Assembly (NCBI RefSeq): GCF_037042905.1
Contig: NC_087252.1
Location: forward strand, 19,842,001 to 19,906,000
DNA length: 64,000 nucleotides
Reading direction: 5' to 3'
From: Lytechinus pictus
Taxonomy: Eukaryota
A model generated the notes under the pieces. It had not been told where the DNA came from. It made no database searches and was given only the letters and a program-made list of their open reading frames with translations. Positions 40,101 to 54,400 of this stretch are shown here, in pieces. Within the stretch, counting starts at the first letter, position 1; each line of letters opens with the position of its first letter. Made by a program: the position numbers and the translations under genes.

Positions 40101-43100
40101 TAATCATCTAGTTTTAATTCCTAAAATGTTCGGTGTCTAATTATCATGAATCATACAAAAGCAATAACATCGTTAAAAAAAAAAAACATAAAAAAATCAA
40201 GTGGAACGCTTCTGGCAGTCTCGCTTGCAAGGCCCTGCATTACGCGATTCAATAAAACAGCAGTGCTGCCTTTGAAAACAGCTAATGAATAATTATTCAT
40301 AGAAAAAACACTAATATGATAATAAAATATTATGTCCATTGACCCAAAATTACATTTGACCATAATCATGTGACCTAAAGACATGTGCAAAGCAATCATT
40401 GATACTTGATTACCCTAATGTCGATGTTTCATGAGCTAGATCCATAAACTTTCTAAGTTATGAGGCCAATTCAACACATACTCCCAACACGGCCATAGTT
40501 CATTGACCTTTAATTGACCTTTGATCTCGGCCATATTCCTGAAAAGCGCACCAGGTATTCAGGAATACATTGCTGCTCTTATGTCCAAGTTTCATGAACT
40601 AGATCCATAAACTTTTTTAACGTTATGATGACAATTCCACAAATACTCCCAACATTACCAAAGTTTGTAGACCCTAAATGACCTTTGACCTTGGTCACGT
40701 GACCTGAAACTCGCAAAGGATGTTCAATAATATTTGATTGCTCTTATGTCCAAGTTTCATGAACTAGATCCATAAAATTCAAGGTTATGATGACAATTCC
40801 TCAAATACCCCCAACATGGCCAAAGTTCGTTGACCCTAAGTGACCTTTGACCTTGGTCATGTGACCTGAAACTCACACATGATATTTAGGGGATACATGG
40901 TTGCTTTTCTGCCTAAGTTTCATGAACTAGATCCATAAACTTTTAAAGTTATGATGACGATTCCTCAATTAACCCAAACATGGCCAAAATTCATTGACCC
41001 CCAAGTGACCTTTGATCTTAATCATGTGACCTCAAACTCAGGCAGGATTTTTAGTGATGCACTATTACACTTATGTCGAATTTTCATGAACTAGGTTTAT
41101 ATACTTTCTAAGTTATGATGACATTTCAAACACTTAATCTTGGTTAAGATTTCGATATTGATTCCCTCAACATGGTCTAAGTTCATTGACCCGTAATGAC
41201 CTTTAACCTTGGTCATGTGACCTGAACTCAGGCAGGATGCTCAGTAATACTTGATTACCCCTATGTCGAAGTTTCATGAACTAGGTTTAAATACTTTCTA
41301 AGTTATGATGACATTTAAAAAAACTTAATCTTGGTTAAGAATTCAATGTTGGCGCGCCGTCGCCGTCGGAAAAGCGGTGCCTATAGTCTCACTCTGCTAT
41401 GCAGGCGAGACAAAAAAAAAACCAGACACTAATAATGTGACTATTACCAATACTCCAATGATAATCGTCGATAGAAAGATCTTGTACGGTGTCAAAGACT
41501 CTACAAGCCAGCAGCTGTGGGATAATACAACAACAAAAAATAAAATGATTTTATGACCTTTACTCATGTTTCATATTGGCATATAATAAAATAGATATTT
41601 TCCTTTTTCCCGTTTTGCAATTCGGTCCTCTCATAAAGAAATGGCATGAAAATGAAATAATTAGGGTTTCGCGAGTGATTTCATTCAAAATCCAGCTCGC
41701 ATTTAAGTCAATTAACATATGTATATAACATTCCTACTATGTTCCTGTCAAAGGGAAAAAAAACTATAACTGTTAGATTAATAAACAAATGCAATATTTT
41801 CTCTGTCATGATCATAATAATGCAGGTTTAAGATTAAAATGCCCTGATATTCATTAAAATGTAAAGAAAATAAAACATAATATTATATCACTATTCTGAG
41901 GCGCATTGCTATTATTATCATTACCCCGGCTTTAGGTCGAGCTGCCTTTCAGCGCTCGTTCATTCAAGGAATTAATACTGCCGGGTACCCATTCACCTCA
42001 CCTGGGTCGAGTGTCGCACAGTGTGGATACATTTCTTGCTGCATGAACAGCTGTCTTAAAACACGCCATGACTAGGAATCAACCAACGACCCTCTGTTTG
42101 AAAGGCGAGAGTCAGAACCACTAGACCACGACGCGCCCACAATATAACAACGTGATTATCTTTAAAAGTTTATTGTTTCAGAGAAAACCAAGCATTTTAA
42201 GCATTAGCAATAATCACACAGGCCCTATTTACCTTTCTGGTGTTCCAAATGCGTGAGGGTATACATTGTAGAGAAGTCCGACTATGGCCAGAGGAACTCC
42301 TGATAGTGGTAACAAAAATGAAATTATAAAATGTACATTTCTTGAATATTAAATGGAGTTATAGTATGCAGCATTTAGAAATAATATATTTAGCGCAATA
42401 TAATAATGATTTTGGTCATAATTATCATTATCATTACTATCATCTTTATTAATAATAACAATTAACACAGCCGGACGTCCACCTTCGATGATTGACCAGC
42501 CGGTCCATGAATATAATTTTATAAGTGTATGCTGGCGCCCTCTTGTGGATTAGATGTTACCAATTACACAAAAATAACATTTTGTGGGACTAAAGTAGCG
42601 ATCGTTTGCAATCGATCAACACTCGTTGTCAATTGGTAGGCCTATCAAATGTTCCTTCTGTAGAAAATACGAAGAAACATATAAGCATTTATTTTTTTAA
42701 TGTGAAAAAGTAGGAGATTTGTGGGTACGGAGTAGTAATTTGTTTGGCCTTCCAATTCTAAAAAAACTAAGCTGGATGGAAATCCATATTGGTCTCGAGG
42801 AAACAACCGAAAACATACAATTACTTAATCATATCATTTTGCTAATCAAATATTTAATATATCAAGGGAGAGGGAAGGGTAAACCACCAACTCCTGAAGA
42901 GATAAAGGAAAAGTTACTTATTAGGAAAGAAGAAGAAAAGAAAATTGCATTAGAGCGTAATACGTTAACGCGACACTATAAGAAATGGGAATATTTAAAG
43001 GTTTTATAAACATTAACCAAAATAAAAAGGATGGGAAAGGGAGGGGTGCCCCTCGTCTGCCCGTGCATGGAATCGATCGATCACTGTCGCTGTAAACTGA

Positions 43101-44962
43101 CCTCTGTCCTGTCTGTTATTGGTTCGTGTTTTTTTTTTTTTTCCCTTTTAATTGTTCCTGTCCTTTGCTCTTTTTTTTTTCTCTCTCTCTCTCCGTTATG
43201 TGTATGGTGTTTTTTTTCTGTCTATTTCTCCCGTTTCTTGTTGTTGGTGTGTTAGTTTGTTCAGCTTTGGGGTCTGATAGGGGGGGGGGGGGGCTCATGG
43301 GACGGGAGAATGCTCATATACATTCATTCTTTAAATTTGCGTAGTTGTTACGTCTTTGTTTTATTATTTAGCTTTATAGCTGCATACATAAGTTGTTGAA
43401 ATGTTATTTTTGCATGAGTTCGGATTATGTCTCTTTTCTGATACAATTTGCCTGCTATGTTTATTACACTATTATTTAATTTGTGTATTGCACTGCTGCA
43501 ATTATCATTTTGTTCTATATTTTCTTGATTATGTATGTATGAAATTTATTTGAATGAATAATAAAGATCACTACAAAACAAAAATCAATCAATTTTTGTG
43601 AGTCCGACGACGACGTAGTCCTGAGCCTACTACGAGTTAGGTATAACGTTAGTTCTAACGTTAGGCCTTCTTCAGTTACTAAAAATGGAGCCTATATAGA
43701 TTTGTGTAGACAGGAATAACTGTCATTTCAAAAATTTATTTAACGATTTCTGGATATTGGTGAGTGGAGCCAACGTAGTTTAGCAGATAGAGACTGAAGC
43801 TCAGCTTAGTTTTAAAACTTTTAGTATTGGATTTGGTCTAACGTCAAAGATTTGTGGTGATGTCTGATATGAACAATGCCGAGGAAAAAGATCAGCTTTT
43901 GGACGATAAAATTGGGTAAGTAGATCTAGATTTAGGCCTTAGTATTTATAGTAAGGTTTTCTAACAAACAGTCTAAGTAAGATCCAGATCTAACGTTAGA
44001 TCTAAATAACTTTAACACGTTAAAAAGTTAGGTCTAACTTTAACGTGTTAACGCTTAGTCTTAGGCTAGAGTCTAGTAAAAAAAAGTTAAAGAAATCTAA
44101 TTAATTTAATTTTAAATCTTGCTAATGTAATGACAATGTGATTTATATTTGGTCCTGGACCTACACAGTACATCCGCAACCTAACTTAGTCTCTGACATA
44201 GATAGATCAGACGTTAATTTTCTAACTTAGATCTAGAATTCTAGATCTAGACCTAAAGGCATGTCCTCATCTCTAAATAATTAGTCAGATAAGACTCATC
44301 AGAATCTGCACCTGATCATGGCTCAAAATGCATTATCGGTCTGCTTTGGGTTCTGGACCAGGACCTAGGCAAACTTGATTTTGATTAGGGCCTAGAAAAG
44401 GATCATTCACTGCGTTAGACTATCGTTACTTATACCAGTTCCATCAGTCACTGTGAACATCATACACAACAGGCTGCACGCATCGTAGACCTAACTTTAG
44501 TCCCGGGAGTTTAGTTAGGCCGAACGTTAGATCTATCTTCAAAGGCTATAACGGATATTGACTGATGGGGCGTGTAAAAAAAAATTCGTTGGACTGCCTA
44601 AAGGATTTGTATTTTCCCTCGTGATCATATTTTCCCTCAGCGCTGCGCGATTCGGGAAAATATAACCCATCGGCAAAATATAAATCATGCGGTCCACAGA
44701 ATGTTTATATTTCATACCCCATCAGTCAATATCTGTATAATATTATTATTATAATTATTATCATCATCATCATTATCATCATTATGTGGAATATGAAAAA
44801 GGGAATCCCTGGCAGCAAAATGTCCTAAGCTCTTCAAAAATAAATCGCTATATAAACTGTTTCGTATTCATTAGCTGCTTTTATTATGTTTATGCATCTG
44901 AGCAATATTCCATATAATAATAATAATGATAATAATAATTATATATATATATATATATATAC

Positions 44963-45022
<60 letters not shown>

Positions 45023-48000
45023 ATAATCATAATCATGATAATAATTTGTTGAACATTTTGTAATCAACTTCTCGGAATCCCAGTAATTATAATGTTAATT
45101 GCCTTTGGGAGAAACATTATTGATATATTTGATTTTTTTTCGATTTTTAGTTCACAAAATAATAATCAAAGTGACATAACATTATAATGTCATAATAATT
45201 TCTATAGCTAGAAGAAATGATTAACTCTTACTAGGCTAAATGGAAGTGACTTTGTCAAAGATGAATAAAATAACACAGAACGGAGGGGGCTTGCCAAGAA
45301 AAACCATGGTTGTATGAGGGACAAGCCCCTGTGACTTAGTTTCAATACAAAGAAATGCATGGTAACAAACCAGGTTTGTATGATGGGGTGTCCAAACTTC
45401 GCGGACTTTTCAAAAATATTCACAATTTATACAAAACCAATTCAAGAAATAGCTACCACATTGACAGCAAGATCGTAAACTATAAAATTATTGACGAAAA
45501 TGTAAAGTAGGTCAAGGGGTTTCGCCGGTATCGCAATCTCAAAATTTTATTCTGATCGGCGAATGCGCGCTTTCCTGGAAAACCGTTCTGAAAAAGCGTA
45601 ACCTAATTTCGCGGACTAAAGTTTTTGTGGAGATTTTAACAAAAAACACAAACTCAAAAAGTGTAATATTTATATCAGATTGACTGCAAAATGCTATAGA
45701 ATCGGTTAGTACCACATTTTATTTACATTTTGTATGATTTATGCTTGCAAAGTGATATCGTGATGGTTGTTGAGAATATTAGATTTCTTCGGAACGGGCG
45801 CTAACGGTGACAAATTTTCCGATCAATATTTTCATGAATACTGATCTCATCCTAAAGAAACTTACGCTAAAGGGTAATTTTAGGTCGCTATTCACGTTGA
45901 TGATGTCAGATTTTAAGGACATTGGCTAGTTTTTGAGATAATCTCCGGGAAGTATGGACACACGCGAAGTTTGGACTCACTGCCATACAATAACGAAGAT
46001 AGACGGAACACAATCTTAAAAAAACCCAGTATACAATATATAAAAAAATAGAATGACGGGAAAAGGAGTAGGGTGCGTATAGCACGATGAGGCTAAACTG
46101 GGTGCACATAATTCATAATAAAATAACTTAATTACCCCAAGCAGCGATGAAAGTCCTGGTAAGGGGTATCAGCTCCAGACCAAAGGTCTTGGGTGCAATG
46201 AGTGGTGCTTGCAGTCCCTCCCGCGTCTTTCCGTGTATGTAAGATGTGTGAAAAAACATGGCTGTCTGAACGACCAACCATGTCCCATACACCGTGAAGA
46301 GGTATTGCATAGCTGCTGCCATGGCTGCACACACGTGCTGTTAATTTGAGTTAGGAAAGATGACAAAGATTAAAAAATAGTATTATATTCAATTGATGAT
46401 GGTGATTTTAGGATGGAAACATCTAGCATGTTTATTTCATTGTCTGTACAGTAGTTCCATCTTGGCTATTAATTTCCTCATGTGTCTATGTTCAAGGTAA
46501 TTATCTTAGTAATGTTATGTTGATAATATATTTTGTTCTTGCTGTTCTTTGTAAGGGAGCACCATGCTCGACAAGCGTAAGATTTTTGAGGTGCTACTCG
46601 TTTTCTTTTTCTAAAACCTTTGTACATTTATTATTGTAACATCTGAAAAAAAGTTAATGAATTGAATTGATTATCATGATTATAGGCTTGGTTGGCAATC
46701 ATGATGATAACGATGAGTAAATATTGGGATGATGATGATTGTAATGATTATGAAGAAGAAGATGATGATGAGTTGTGATGGAGATGATGATGATGGTAAT
46801 GATCATGGTGATAAAGACGATGGTGGTGTGTGGTGATGATGGTAGTAGTGTTGGCGATATTGATTGTCATGATGGAGTTGATGATTATGAGGATGGTAAA
46901 AATGATAAAAGGAATTACCAACATATCCAAATATTACATTACAAGACTGTTGTTAAAATTGCAGAAACAAACTGTAAACAAGAGTGTGGCTAAGGCGAGC
47001 ACATATTACACCCGCCTGTAACGCGGAAAATGGAGTTATTGGTCAAGCAAGAAAAGTGGAAGGTGGCGACTTAACCTTTGACTGACCACAAAATGAATAG
47101 AATTCATGGGATCTATGCTAGTATCATACACGCCAAATTATATGAGCATATGGGTTCAGTTAAACTACAGTTATCGCGTTAATACGGACTTCAGAGGCTA
47201 AGATGAAAACATGTCACTGTGATCTTGACCTTTGACTGACCTCAAAATCCATAGAATTCCTGGGATCTATGCTAGTATCACACATCAAATTATATGAGCG
47301 TAGGTTAAGTTAAACTGAAGTTATTGCTTTTACAAAAACTTCAGAAGCGTAAGATGAAAACATGTCACTGTGATCTTGACCTTTGACCTTTTGACCTCAA
47401 AATCGATAGGCTTCCTAGAATTTATGCTAGTATTATACACACCAAATTATATGAGCCTATATAGGTTAAATTAAACTGAAGTTATCACGTTTACAAGACT
47501 TCCGAAGGGTTAGATGAAAACATAACACTGTGATCTTGACCTTTGACTGACCTCAAAATCAATAGAATTCCTGGGATCTATGCTAGTTATCACACATCAA
47601 ATTATATGAGCCTAGGTTAAGTTAAACTAAAGTTATTGCGTTTACAAAAACCTCAGAAGGGTAAGATGAAAACATGTAACTGTGATCTTGACCTTTGAAC
47701 TTTTGACCTCAAAATCAATTGGCTACCTGGAATCTATGTTCGTATAACACACAATAAATTATATGAGCCTAGGTTAAGTTAAACTGAAGTTATCGCGTTT
47801 ACAAGACTTTCGAAGGGTAAGATATGTCACTATGATCTTGACCTTTGACCTCAAAATAATAGGCTTCCTGGAATCTATGTTCGCAGCATACTTACCAAAT
47901 TATACGAGCCTAGGTTGAGTTAAACTGAAGTTATTGCGTTTACAGGGACTGCAGAAGGGTAAGATTAAAACTGTCACTGTGACCTTGACCTTCAACCTTT

Positions 48001-48440
48001 TGACCTCAAATCAATAGGCTTCCTGAGATTTATGCTTATATCATACACATTAAATTATATGAGCCTAGGTTAAGCTCAACTGAAGTTATCGCGTTTACAA
48101 AGAAAAGTTAACGGACAGACGGACAGACATCGAGCGTGATACCATAATACTAGACGGGCGTATAAAAATAGTAGCATCAACAACGACAAAAATAAAGTGT
48201 ACAACAATAACAACAACTACTACTACCACTACTACTTTTACTTCCACTACTTCTCCTATTACTACTACTACTAGCCACTACTTCTACCTAAAGAACTACT
48301 ACTACCTTTACTACTGCTGCTGCTACTTCTACTACTTCTACTATGATCACTACTACTACTACTACATACTACAACAACAACTACTACTACGACTACTACT
48401 ACTACTACTTCTACTGCTACTACTACTACTACTTCTACTG

Positions 48441-48485
<45 letters not shown>

Positions 48486-51400
48486 CTACTACTACTTCTA
48501 CTTCTACTGCTACTACTACTACTACTCCTACTACTTCTACTAATACATTAACATAATAAATCCAACAGCGTTTTAAAAAAGTGTAATAGAACAATGACAA
48601 GAAAAATAGACTTTAATACCAGGTTGCTTGTAGCTTCCATTCCTACGAGGTAGATAAGGTGAGCAAGACAGCAGGATATTGCTATGTTCATCTGGACCTT
48701 TGCAAGCTGCGACTGCTGATTACTGCTCAAAGAAAATAGTGTTAGAAGAAGAGGCAGTCAAAATACTTTGGAAATATCACCTCGATTTTCAAAAGTCCAT
48801 CTACCGGAACATACGAATATACATTTCAATAGGCGTTCGGATTATTATAAAGTTACAAATGATTGTTACTTGGATCATTATTTTGTAAAGAAAAATGCTG
48901 TATCCCTGGTTTAACAGTATTATGATTATCACTACGTGTTCCTTTGTGTAACTTCTGAAGGTTTCCATGGTAATATGTTTCACGGTACACCACGTATCTT
49001 TCTTAGGCCTGTGTTGGTCCTGAAAAGTACCATCCGACCTTTCTTTTGTTTCTCAAAATTTTTGGGTGGTCCTTTTCAGGACCAACACTTGGCCAAGAAA
49101 GATACATAGTGTACCGTGAAACCAACTACAATGTTCCTTTGTATTATCTAAATATATAAAAGGAATTGAGAAAGCTTATGCTTGCATGGAACCTGATCAT
49201 TGTGATATTGCACTCTAAGAACAAACTAGTTAAGCCAACTAGATGAATCATAAACTGGGTGTAAATGGATGTCTAATATAGGTTGTTATACTACTTTCTA
49301 GTCAGAATTGAGTTTGTTCTAGTCGAATTTGGCTTGACTAAATCAGTCTAAAGAACGTCAGCCAGTATGCGAGGACAATATAATGATAAGTTGAGGCTCG
49401 AAAGGAAGAGAATGATGTTAGGTTAATTACTTCCAACGATGACTAATACATGTGACCTTTGAACTTAGACCTTGCTACATACCACAGGATAAAGTAAACA
49501 AAGACATATATGGCCTGTGATCTTTGACCTTTGACCTCGCTACACACCCTAGGATGAAGTTTACAATGAGACCTGTTGTCTTTGACCTTTGACCTCGCTA
49601 CATACCCAAAGATGTAGTAAACAATGACCAGGACGAGAAGGCTGATGATTGATATTCCCCCGAGAACTCTCTCGATGAGAAGCAATGCAATGACATTGAC
49701 ATGGCCTACAGTAAAACCCTGTAAGAGAAGTCAATTCAAATACGCATTTAACATTGACATTACATAATTATGTTAGACACAGGAGTGACGTCACAGGATT
49801 ATGGGACGACTGCCTTTCATTTTTTTTTTTTTTTAGTTGGACATATACAAAAAAGAAGGAAGAAAAACAGAGAGGGGATAAAGGACAAAAAATATGGATA
49901 AGATATTGATATGCGGTGTGGCTATGCAATACCCCCACTTATTTTTTATTACCCCCACCTTCTCTCTTGCGTCCTCAATCGTTTGACTATAAAAATACCA
50001 TGGCAATATTAATTAAGCACCAAAGATCCATAATCTGCCCAAATTTGCTCCAACATTTAACGATAGTACATGACGATCAAATGTAGATAGTTCATAAATC
50101 AATTAGACCTTCCACGTACAAAGTTGAAATATGAAAATATATTTTAAAAAGAATAAAAAAAATGAAAAAATATCAGAACATATTTTCATCACTAAAGTTT
50201 GTCAAATTGAAAGGGTGTTTTACGATCTACTGTAGATAGTTACCATTAAATAAAAAACACACACATATTACTAACCGATAAAGAAGATTTAAACTTTACT
50301 TCCAAATAAGCAAAATTGAAAAAAAAATATTAACATGAAGTATGTTTTCAATAACAGATCTTTCCGAATTGATATAGTGTTTTTCGATCTACTGAAGATA
50401 GTTACCACAAAACTAATTAAACATTCCACACATAGTTGAAATCAGAATTATTATATTTTAAAACAACGATTTTAAGCAAATAACTTCAAAGAGAGGAAAA
50501 GTATGTATTTTTAAATATATTTTTTTCTGAAAGACTACCGTAGACAGTAAACATAAGTCCATCAATCCCTCCACTTATAAGGTTGATTGAGATATCAGGA
50601 CAAAATATTTTAAAAGAAGAATGAAAACAAAAAATATTAAATTACAGTTTCAATTACAGATTTTGTAGTAACTTTAAAGATATTGTTTTACGATCTACTG
50701 TAGATAATTACCAGAAAACTAATCAAACACTCCACTTACCAACTAAAAAACATAATATATTTTCAAATTAAATAGAACTGCAAAGAAAGAATAATTACAT
50801 GCAGTGTATTTTCCATTACGAATCTTGCCGAGTTGAATAGTATTTTACGATCTACTGTAGATATGGCTACCATAAATCTAATTAAACGCTCAACTTACAA
50901 AGTTGAAATATCGGAATATAAAGTTTAAAAGAAAATTAAAGAGAAAAAAAAATGTTTTCACGTAGAACTTTTGTCGTAGCTTGAAAGAAGGTGTCTTACG
51001 ATCTAATATAGATCAAACATTAATGAAGAAAATAAAAGAACATATTTATTTAGGAAAGTAGAATTAGAAGGAAAATGATAAAAAGTATTTTACAAAGTTG
51101 AAAATATAAGAGTATTATTTTAAACAAGTAAGTTTAAAACAAGAAAAGAAAGCATAAAAAAATCTCACTGAAATTACTTTGGACATCAAGCACAGTTTCA
51201 ATTATTTATTTTCTGAGATTTGAAAAAGAATTATTGTTTATTGAAAATACTAAAGTTTGCACTTGAAAAAGATTTATCAAAATAATGAATTAGCAATTAA
51301 AAATAAATAAATAAGAGCTTGAGGTTTTCGATTACTAAGGGAATGCAATTTTTTTTTTTTACAAAAAATATGATCAAATTACAAAATCTCTGCATGTATG

Positions 51401-54400
51401 TCAATGAAAAGTTGCGGCGTGGTTAGATATTATTTATCAAATATAAAAAGAAATAACCCCAAAACAACCAAGTTCTAAAAATCTCTTTTAATTATAAAAG
51501 TAGCTACCTCGAATGAGAAAAAATAGGGAAAAGGATATTTCCATGAAATTTCATATATGCATTTAATTGGATACCATCCTAAGATCTGAAGATAGAAATG
51601 CCTTTCAAATTCCATAAAAAACTAATATATGCGATTGTCGATGTAAAATACTATACCTTTGGGGCTCTTTCAAGGGCAATAGCTGCGAGATGATCGCATC
51701 GACAAGTCACGTGGGTATAGTTCGAGTAGACAACCCGACAACCATCTGTTGTCCATTTCCAATCCCTACAACAAAAAAACATTAGTTTTCTTTGTAAATA
51801 TGCAATATATCGATCTCCTATGTACCTTCGTATTTCAAGATGCAAATATGATTTTATTACTTTTTTTGTATTGAGTAAAATGGAGCTGCACACGAAGCAG
51901 ACAGCTTAAGAGATGAAAAGATAGCATGCATGAATGAGATTTTTTTTAATCGAAGAAAGAGGTGGAGGACGGAAATGGATGGAGAAAAATATAATTTTAT
52001 TACTTTTTTTGTATTAAGTAAAATGGAGCTGCACACGAAGCAGGCAGCTTAAGAGATAGAAAGATAGCATGCATGAATGAGATTTTTTTAATCGAAGAAA
52101 GAGGTGGAGGACGGAAATGGATGGAGGAAAGTGGTGGCTACAGCTACAGTGGTTCCCCGACAACATCACAATGTCATTATAGATAATAGAAAGGAAAACA
52201 GACGAATGTAATTTATTTTACTTACGATGCGGCACCTCTCATTGATGTGCACAAAGGTACTTCGTTCTCGAAATCCTAAACAAAAAGAAAGCGATGAAGA
52301 TATAAATAGTTTATCATAGCATCAAGTACAACTATAGGCCTGTACAGCATATATACACACACATACCCACTTATACACGCACACACACACACACACGCAC
52401 AAACACACACATATATAGGCTATATATCTTATATTTTCGCATATTGGCTTTAACCGATAAAAAAAACAAATCAGGAGAAAACGAAGGATCATCGAAAATT
52501 TGAGGCTTTTGATAAACATTTGATTGGCAAAAGCATTAATTGGATTTGTTTTTATTAAAAAAAACCATATATTTGTATATAAAGATGGGCTACAACTCAG
52601 TGTGTTGTATTTTTTTTTTCGTACGATTCAAATGAGTCATGAAACATGCTAAATTAATGTAACCCTTTGCTGTCATATTAGAACTGGTTTTTATAGTATG
52701 AAAAATAACATGTATATTGATAGTTGATTAAATACCAAAAGGATATACATTTCAAGGATGTAAAATAAATCTAAATCGGCTTTGAATTGTGACTAGCCGA
52801 AAATTTGAACGATTTATAATGCAAAAGATTATCTTTCAAATCTAAAAAATAAATGTAATAAAATAAAAACTCAGATTGTTAAGCTTTGATTTCAAATCTG
52901 CAAGGTTTAAATCTAAATTTACTGGCTGGTCTTTATTGACAGCTGATCTGGATTTATTTGAAATTCCTGAAATATAGGGTAAAAAATTAATCTTAGTCAT
53001 TTGTATAAATGAATACTTAATACATCATTTCACAGTGTATTTAATGCCTAGTGCTTTAATACGTTACATAAAAAATACGAGAATCATCAAGTTACTGCCG
53101 CAAAATAAGAACATACAGAGAATAAGAGGTGCTCCCCTAATTTATCCTATATGATTAAATAATCTTCCACATCAAACCAGCACAAATAAACCCTACAAGA
53201 GCTACTCATTTACAAAATCCCTGTAAAAAACATACTTACTATTTTGGCGGGAAAAGCAACGTCCACATACTCCCCATCCTTGAGTTGAAGCGGGGCCCCG
53301 TTGAAGCAGAAGACCGTTACGTTGACAACGGAATTAAGAGCGCGGGAAGAGGCCGCTGATTCCACGTTGGTATCGTTATTATCAGTATCATTTGATGCCA
53401 AATCGGGAACGCTACCACAACCATCCGACTGGCTCGGTTCACTGAAGGCAGCGATGGCTAGTTTAACTACAAATGAGTCAAATAAATGACACTTGATTGA
53501 ATGTTTAATCGGTTAATTGATGAAATAAGTATTCTTTTAAAATGTAGTCCACCATTCCCTCATGTTTACACGTTTTTAGATGTAGGCCTTATTCTAATTC
53601 ATTCATATTCATTAACACGGAAAATGAAAATGACTGATGTCACCCCCCAAATAAAAAATAAAAAAAAATCAATAAATACAAAAATGGGTGAAAAATAATG
53701 GAAAAAAGGGACGAAACAACATTGTACACATGTTAACACTAACAAACAGCATAAAAAGAGAACGAGCAAAAAACTGACACTTTAAAAAACAAGATGGTTC
53801 ACGAACAAAGAGTCTCGCCTGATTTCGCGCTCAATAAAATATGGAATATGATCTTTTCACCCCTTGATAATCTTTGACCTTATCATCCTCATGAACACAC
53901 GTGTGGCATTACCCAAATGATTATGTGCACCAAGTGTAAACACTATTGATGCATAAATAAATGATAGCAATTTGAACAAAAAACTTGAAAAATGTATGGA
54001 CATGACCTCATACCATTTCACCTTTTAACCCCAAAATGAGTTCATTTTAACCCGTTTCCATTTAAGTTTCTTTATTACTATTGTCATTATTATTATTATC
54101 ATTGTTATTATCAGTAGTAGTCGTATAAATATTATTATTATTATTGTTATCATTAGTAGTAGTACTACTACTATTATTATTGTTATTATTATCATCATCA
54201 ATACTATTATTACTTTTTGAGAGGGGGGGGGGGGGCTAGAGCCCCTAGATATGCATCATAGGTCTACCTGGTTTGGATTGTAGAGATGCTGATTGGAAGT
54301 TCACAACTAAACGGGAATCTGCGTCGTCGCCAGACGAGGTAAAGGTCAAAGGTCGATAGGGTTTCACATCCGCTTCTCCTGCGGAGGCATTTCCTGAAAC

